DNA of 64,000 nucleotides, taken from Eledone cirrhosa. Taxonomy: Eukaryota. The notes beneath the pieces are model-generated. The model had not been told where the DNA came from, made no database searches, and was given only the letters and a program-made list of their open reading frames with translations. Positions 55,993 to 64,000 of the stretch are shown one piece after another (the stretch's first letter is position 1; each line of letters begins with the position of its first letter). The position numbers and the translations under genes are program-made. The stretch spans positions 347,386,001 to 347,450,000 of the forward strand of contig OZ024741.1 in assembly GCA_964016885.1 (NCBI GenBank), read 5' to 3'.

Positions 55993-58572
55993 CGTGTGTG
56001 TGTGTGTAAAAAGTAAACAGAAATACCAACACAATCGGTACAGTATATGGAAGGTATATATTAGTTTAACGCATGATATCGCAGGAAGAGGTTCTTAACT
56101 TATCGGACACTATTACTTCATCAGAAGAAGGAATGAGAAATAAAATCGATTGAGGGGGTGGGCAGGATGTAATTTGAAAAACTGTCTGTAGATAAAAATA
56201 ACAGGTCCATTCATGTTGATATCTCTTGCAAAACATTTGGTGCTGGCATTTTGTTTATGATTTGTCTTTTAGAAAAGTGGATGATAAAGCGCGTCTACAT
56301 GAAATGGAAAAAAAAACGTTTTGTAAAAAGCGCTATACCTGAGCACGTACGTAAGCATGTGCTTGTGTATGTGTGTCTGTATGTATGTGTGTGTGTATCT
56401 GTCTGTGTGTGTGTATGTGTGTGTGTGTGTGTTTTATAGGTCCGCACGGAGCTAAGAAGAAATGTGTGTGTATATGTGAGTAAAAAAGTATGTGTGCATG
56501 TAAGTACGAAGCTATGAGAAAAGGTATGTTAATATAATGGTGTGTATCGGCATTGGGGATGAAAAGAGGTCAAGCCGGTGAAAGGTACACGAAAATTTGA
56601 TGTTATTAAACAATAATGCTAGTGTTAAAATGGAAGGAGAATAATATTTTAGGGTAAATGTGTTAGTGAGAAATACCAATCTTATTTAAAATACAAGGAA
56701 TTTAGATCTATATCAAGAAATTAAATTAATTTAATTGATAGGTATACTTATAATGTATATTAATTGTATTAATGTATATTAATGTATATTAATTGTATTA
56801 ATGTATATTAATTGATATAATGTATATTAATTGATATAGATGTGATAGATAAGAGTTAGATGTTATTAAAGAATGTTGTTAAAAACGAAGGAAAAAAAAT
56901 GTTGGGATAAATATATTAGTGAGAAATAATAAACTTATATAGACTACAAGGAATTTAGATTCATAACATGAAATTAAAATAGTTTATATGTATACTTATA
57001 AGTATTAATTTTAGGAAAAGAGAGCTATAAAAGGGAAATAAAATTATGAAGTTCTCAGTAGTAAAATACTAATTATAGGTTAACTAAATTAAAAAGACTA
57101 ATTATAATAATTCGTAAAATATAAGTGTAACGTGTATATTAATTAGGTTTATAATATTTGAAAGTTCTTCTAATTCTATGATTGCACGATATAATTAATT
57201 CTTGTCGCTTATTTAATAGGATATTCTTAGATTTCATTATTTCAAAAAGTTCCTGGGAACATAATCTACACTCATATCTGTTATTTTGATAAGGGGTGGC
57301 CCTTTTGAACACATTCCAGGTCAGGTTATAATTGATATTCTTTTTTCTATAATTATTAATTGTTTCAGCCAAGGATGTTGTATTAGCTAATGCGGCATTT
57401 TTAAAACTATGTTTGTGGGTATTAAATCTTACTTTAAATTGGTTAGAAGTAGCTCCTATATATGAATAAGTTGAGTCCTTAGTGCTAATTTTACATTTAT
57501 ATACTATGTTATTAATAAGACAATTTCCTTTTAATGGGCAATTTCCTTTGTATCTACAGTTACAACCATTCGTGAATATTATATCAGTGGAGTTAGTCAA
57601 ATTTGGTGTGGAATTTACTCGACTTGTTATATGTGAAGGAGCTGGAGGTTTGTTGCGGTATATTTTAGTATTATTTTTAGTTTGATGTGTTAGTGGTATA
57701 TTCATGTTTTTTTGTAGATTAAATGGAGCATTATCCCAAGTAACACGTCTATTACGGTTTCGATGTTGTTTTTTATATTTATACGATGTATCAGGATGTT
57801 TACTAAGAGAGTTAGTATTAGTGAATTTATTATATATAGGTTTAGTTGGATTAACTGATTTAGGTGTTTTAGTCTGATTATTAGGAATTTGGTTAGTAAT
57901 GTTATTAACGTATATTGGAGCATTAGGATGAATGGTGTTTTGAGTTATTATATTGTATGTGAGAAGAGGTAGAGAAATTAAATTTTAAGTTGGTATTTTG
58001 GGGTATAGTGTGAGTGGCATTTAGGTGTGTGTTTTTCATTTGGTGTTTGTTGGTAATGTTGGGTTGTATGTTTGAAGTATTAGTGGTACAAGGTATATAG
58101 ACTAATTTGTTCTTGTAGCCGCTTCTGGCTAAAGCTTCGTTATAAATGCTTGCATTTTTATCGAATACATCCTGGTTAGATGAAGGGTTAGAAATTCTGA
58201 GTGAGATATTATATGCTAGGTTTTTAAGGATAGATCTAGGGTGATTGGATTGTGTGTATATGTAATGTAAGTTTTGGTTATGTTTATGATAAGGTTGGGT
58301 AGATACCCGTAGATAGGTCTAAAGTTATATCAAGGAAATTAACTATTTTACTGGTGTTTTCAAATGTAATAGTGAGACTATAATAGTTTTTGAGGAAAGT
58401 TCTAATTTTTTTATGTTTTTCAATCTCTGATAGGCTAAGGTTAGTAGAAAGAAGAAGACAGTCATCACGATATAAACCACCTTTAAGGTGGGGAAAAGAA
58501 GCTTTTATATTAAATACAAGAAAGAGGCCCACAAGATCGGTAATTTGGGCAGAATCACTAGAGCCCATTATA
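55322..58572 (-). mobile_element. Hydra-type PLE, 5'-truncated, with 3' pLTR, degenerate hammerhead (56090-56130) and terminal hairpin
   Basis: MGSSDSAQITDLVG, GLYRDD, VNFLD, SNHP, CNCRYKGNC, NNIVY..YIGAT..FKVRF, CRLC; 5' end abuts (TA)n. Confidence 0.88.
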
Positions 58573-59711
58573 ATGTATATATATATATATATAATAGATT
58601 AATACAGAGTTGATACCTCTACGTCACCAATAAACATTAAAATAATTCATGATACATAACCCTGCCGTTTGTGATGTGATGCTGTATTACATTAAACTAT
58701 ACCAACATTGTTTGTGATGTGTTGGATAGAGAATTTGTAACTAAATCTCCTATATTATGCTGAATTTATAACTCTTGTGGAACGTATGGTGTGTTTTATA
58801 TTGTTGAGTCACATATACTGTAGTTATTTACACGGCGTTTCTTTCTCGGAAGCATAATGGATCTAGTAATATCAAATTGGTGTTTTCAAGAAAAAACAAT
58901 CAATGTGTAATACGAAATGGGGATTGGTCCCAGTGATAACAACAAAGTAGAATCTAATAAATTACCCGAATTCAGCAGCCACTCACCACAACTAACAGAA
59001 CAAGGGGGCGTTGTGTCTTATGGCTATGTATGGGTATAAAGACGCTTATTTATTGTTGGGAAATATTCAAATACATACATCAAGTGTAGCAATAAAGGGA
59101 TTAATCATTTCCTTATTGTATTGTCTTACTTTATTTATGATATTTATGAAATATATTAAACCAATATTTAAAATTTTCCTAAAATGCTTTTCCCAATGGC
59201 ATAAGATTCTTTCAGCTTTTATCCTGAAAACTTCCATAAAAAAAGTAACGAATCGTATTAAGATATATTAAACTTAGTAAATATATTGATGAATAATATC
59301 CTAAATTAAAGAAATCCGACCAACATGCATACAACTAATTCTAATATTGTATTGAATTCCGCCGAAATTAATAATATATACTTACTTGTGCTTATTGTTC
59401 TCTTTTACTTAAAGAACTCTCTTTCTGTCATATATATGATTATTTGCGTCTTTTTCAGAGGAAGAAAATACGTTTTGAATTATTTCGAACCAAATATGTA
59501 AACATTGTTAATTTGGAGCTAAAACAACATTTAGAACATGAAAGTATCTCTATAGATCTATTGAATTTATTAGCAATTGCCAATTTACTATTGACACCCA
59601 GATAATAACTATTTAAACAAACGTGTCAATATGCATATATACGTATATTTTACAAGCATATATACACAGACAACATACACAAATTAATATACAATAAAAG
59701 TTCTGTGCAGA

Positions 59712-60790
59712 TGATAATAATAATTACTATAATTTCGTTACTGTGCACAAGGGCCTACATATAGGGGACAATACAGAGACATGGACAGTGGTTGTATTCT
59801 TACATAAATACGTAGAAACAATATAAATGTCAAACACATAATAACAACAAAACTACAGCAAATTACATTCCCCAATACGGGGATAATCATCCAGTGTCGA
59901 CTCAGGTACTCCACTTATACTGAACCACCCGATGCTTCAAGGGCACCCGGGATTGGCACCCTCTCCTCTTCAAATTAACCATCCTACAGGCGCATGCTCA
60001 GGTGATTCTCTCCACATTCACACACCTATTGGGAAATGTACTAGGGTGCAGCACTTCTCTTTTCACACTCATCTTTCATTCAAAGTGAAACTTGAAAAGG
60101 TTGATGAGAGATTGGCCGAAGAGTAAAATGTCTGACTTCACTCCGTTCACATGGTTCACCCAACAACCTCTTTCACTACCACCTCCAGACTGAAAAATTG
60201 CCTGCCCTTCGCGGTCAAAAGAACGTAGCAGGTCGACCTTTACTATTACTGGCCCGATAGCCGGATCCGTTCTACACGCGACAACAACTGTTCGATTTAA
60301 CTCCACAAGTCAGCATTGCACGGACACTGGACGAATGCATGAAGAACGGTTTCGTCACTCTGCTCGAATCCCGAGTAGGTCCGTCTGAAAACAATTCCGT
60401 GCCTGTAGAGTTTATCTTGAACCGGCAGTGCCACAAGGTAACATTGTCAAGCGGGAGATTTCTGAAGTTATCTATAGTCCTCAGCTCGAAAATCCTCCGG
60501 AACTGACTTGTCAGTTCGAATTGGTCGCTGCACAGAGCCTCTCCGAGTGCATCGTCTCACTTGCCCACCATCATTCCTATATAGAACGTGCCACTCACTG
60601 CGTTGCTCGTCTGGTAGAGGATAGCGAGTGACTGGCAACATTTCAGATGTCAGGTGCCCAGTGTTGGTCTCTTCGTTAGCCAGGACTGCAATTTGAGTCA
60701 AATAGACGAACTGTGGAAAGGAATATCTCACAAATGGCCAACACACATGTTCAGCGTTTTGGCAGAATGTCTTCTCCCAATAGGTGCCTT
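59712..60790 (-). mobile_element. Old 3' fragment of a related Tx1 family with an (ATT)n end
   Basis: WPFVRYSFPQFVYLT, ETVLHAFVQC, LINLFKFHF are homologous to the ORF2 C-terminus at 45715-46500; the 3' end resembles 46730-46760. Confidence 0.8.
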
Positions 60791-61743
60791 AATATATTTT
60801 GCAAAATAAGTTGGTGGACGACAAACTATCCTCTGCTGATTTGAAGTGTGTTCTGTCCGCAAGATGGAAAAGCCAAAATTCAAAACACGATAACAGCAAC
60901 AACAACTCGGACGTTCATGATGTTAACTTCCCACTTATTTACAATTTTAACGATGCTCTCAACTTCACAATATCAACAAAATATCTCAAACACAACCAAA
61001 ATCATCCACAACTCTGACACAACTACTGCCAAAACCACCACTGCAATAATAACAATACAAGAGAATCAATAAACAAAATTAAAGAAGAACAATAAAATCG
61101 AAAACAGCTACAACAAGGAAACATTTGCTCAACAGGAAGAGAACATTTTAACATGAACAATTTGGCAAAAGACATATTTTTCGACTAAGCAACTAAATTG
61201 ATCAACCTAGAGAAGCCATGGTCTAACGTAGCCGTCCTATTCGAGGTGTTGGCAAAGCACAAAACTAAAATGTAATATATAAATGCATTCTCACTAACAC
61301 TAAATCCTGTGGATTCGATGCCAATCAACAATACATATCAACAAACAGCCAACCACACAGGCCCAAACCTTCGTTCTTGTGAAGAATGTCAACGGAAAAA
61401 TTGATGACCCTCTTAGTACGTGAGGACATTGAAAGAGCGTTTTAGATGTTGGAACCGCAACGTTTAACGTTCCACAGAGAGTGCTTGTATGCATAGAAGG
61501 TGACGGTTGAGGGCTCGAGTGAATGGGCCTACCCTCAGCATGCTCCTGTAGTCTGGAGATTTCAGAGAGGAGGGGAAAATACCTGGATCTGTAAGGTTCT
61601 TAATCTGCTCCTGGCTGATGATATCACCATTGGGGAAGTCTGCTGTTATTGATTTATTGTTAATTGTTGCCTATTTTCGTGTCCCTGATCTTTTGTATTC
61701 TCCTTTCACGTTCGGCCCTGTTGGCCAAAAAGAAATAATAATT

Positions 61744-61857
61744 AGTAGTAGTAGTTTCTGTGGTGGAGCTGCTTTTGGTGATGGTGGTGGTAGTGTTTGT
61801 GCTAATAGTAGTAGCAGCAGCAGCATAAACAGTAGTAGTAGTAGTAGTAGTAGTAGT

Positions 61858-61892
<35 letters not shown>

Positions 61893-61917
61893 TAGTAGCA
61901 GTAGTAGTAGTAGTAGT

Positions 61918-61972
<55 letters not shown>

Positions 61973-62035
61973 ATAGTAGTAGTAGTAGTAGTAGTAGTAG
62001 TAGCAACAGCAGCAGCAGCACAGCAGTAGCAGTAG
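61744..62035. repeat. (AGT)n/(AGC)n compound microsatellite
   Basis: Direct reading. Confidence 0.97.
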
Positions 62036-64000
62036 CGATAATGTTTTATTGACTTGAGCGGGACACGGTATTTCGTTTTGATAAAAAAACTGCCAATGAC
62101 TAAAATTTCTTTGCAAAGATTCAGTAAACTCTCTACATTTTGATTTAAAATGTTAACCCGATTTCCCACAATTCAATCGCTGAAGTTTATATTCATTCAA
62201 TTATTATTAGTATTATTCAAAACGTGCGAATAACACAAATAGAATATCACTTATATGGAAGCTATACATATTCAGCTTCATTCTTGCTCAACGTCAATTC
62301 AGATCCCTCCCCTGTTGATGTTCCATTTCTCCTTTGAAAAGGGCATTTAATCGTTTATTATTTCGAGAGTGATATATAGCCTTGTTTTTAACATCGCGTA
62401 TATTTGTATTTACGTGATAAATAAGATACTTTCTAAACATTGCAGTTAAGTGAAAAGAATTTCAAATAAGCCCTTTTCTATATTATCTGAATCTGAATGT
62501 TGCTTCTGTCGTTTTTCTTTCGCGTTTTACTATTGGGGATTGATTTAGTTGAACATTATATTCCTACTCTGCGCACTTGCAGTATTGTGCCAAATCTCGA
62601 ATTCGATTATCATTATATGTATTGCATTGTGACAAGAGAATGAGATTTTCTTTCTGGATTTACTTATCTCACTTTCCTGGCAGTAACATCTGTTATCTCC
62701 AGTCGAACCTTTACTATAACTGTAATTTGCATTATAATTATAATGCACTAAAGTGGTTTGGTGGAATAGGAATAATGGAAATTATGTGCGCCAATCTTGA
62801 GTTACTACAGCTTATGCGTGCGTACAATCGTGCGTGTTATGAGATCTGTAGTAAAGAATAATAAGATATATACTAGAATTTTACTCATCATAATGACAGG
62901 TACAATTCGGAGTATACTATTTGCATTGTTATGTTAATATTCTATCTCTCTATTTATCTCACTCCCGCACCCCTTTCTCTCTCATTCGCCCCTCTTTTTC
63001 CTTGCCCCGCCTCTCTATCTCCATCCTCTTCAGTCTTATTACCTCACTTTCTTCTCAATATAAGTTAACAGACGTGAAAATGGATCAACCAACACAGAGG
63101 GTATTATATATTAGATATATAAAGGGTCGATTTAACTTCTTAAGACAATAATTAATATTTTATCGGTGTCGGTATCACGGCAATCATCTAATCACTATGT
63201 TACAATAAATACGGAAACAATGTTAACATATTACAGTTCATATCACGTTTTTAATTTCACGTTATCACACGCATTAACAGAAGAGCTAACCATGTTTAAG
63301 ACAAGGGAAATCAAGTGGAGCTCCTCTAGAGGGATAGAATTTGGAAAACAGATAAAGCGCAACCTTAATTCATGTCTTATCAATATTGTATTAACTTACA
63401 CAATCTCAGTAACTAAATTTGCTTCTAGAAGACAACACTTGCGAAAGAGCGTGATTAAGACACTGGTGTCAAAACGTGTATTCTCTACATAAAGTTTATA
63501 GATTCATCCGCAATTCATGAATTTGGGGTTGATATAAATCAAATTCAGAGTGACTCGAATTCGAAATTTATTAAACAAATTTTGCAAGTGTATGTTGAAG
63601 CTAGAATAATTCTTAATGATATTAGAACGTATCTCATTTTATGTTAATGAACTAGCATCATACTGGTGGACTTAAAATATGGATATTTGGATGAGGTGTA
63701 AAAAGATGGGGAAATATGGTAACAATGTATACAAGGTGATTGAGTAGTAGATACTTTCTCTTTAACCTTTCCCCGCTTTTCTTCCTTCACGTAAAAGCAC
63801 GTATCTCACTATAGCCCTTGCTTCCCTCGAAAAGCTCGATTTTATTGAGAGTTTTCAGATGTCCTAGCATGTATACTGATTACAATTTGATACCGAGCGC
63901 TTATACGGTGTTTCTTTGGAGATGATACATGCATAATGAGGGTAAAACTTAAGTTGAATACGCTCTATTCGAGTGCCACAAAGTAATGGACATTCATATA

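Noticed and set aside
56750-56840. Short repeated units resembling an array
   Set aside because: AT-rich minisatellite without unique spacers; not CRISPR, and the context is eukaryotic.
60860-61620. Possible plus-strand remnants of Tx1 ORF1 and 3' end
   Set aside because: Only patchy similarity; boundaries cannot be defined.
62671-62720. Possible short minus-strand exon (IVKVRLEITDVTARK then gtgag)
   Set aside because: Weak acceptor and no supporting homology; cannot be excluded without RNA data.

Overview
AT-rich, microsatellite-dense animal DNA made almost entirely of nested retroelements. I could not support any host gene exon. The SINE family, the zinc-finger-tailed RTE and the repeat landscape suggest a cephalopod (Octopus-like) genome, but that is inference. 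Contents: four Penelope-like elements (three Hydra-type, one Neptune-type, two with inverted pseudo-LTRs); about ten hammerhead-ribozyme-like motifs from several sequence families; an RTE LINE with three C-terminal C2H2 fingers; and two arrays of R4/Dong-type (RLE) LINEs in (TAA)n tracts (10.5-18.4 kb; 31.5-40.6 kb). There is also a nearly intact full-length Tx1/L1-clade element sitting in (TTA)n, a CRE fragment, tRNA-derived SINEs, and mariner and hAT-like fragments. Leads most worth following: (1) a GT-AG intron-like segment conserved in the 5' UTR of two diverged full-length Dong copies; (2) a Tx1 family that appears to target TAA/TTA repeats with polarity opposite to Dong; (3) a hammerhead variant with a conserved ~75-80 nt multi-stem insertion in stem II; (4) self-renewing microsatellite landing pads shared by four retroelement families. 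Coordinates of degenerate elements are approximate, and clade names come from recalled motifs rather than database searches.
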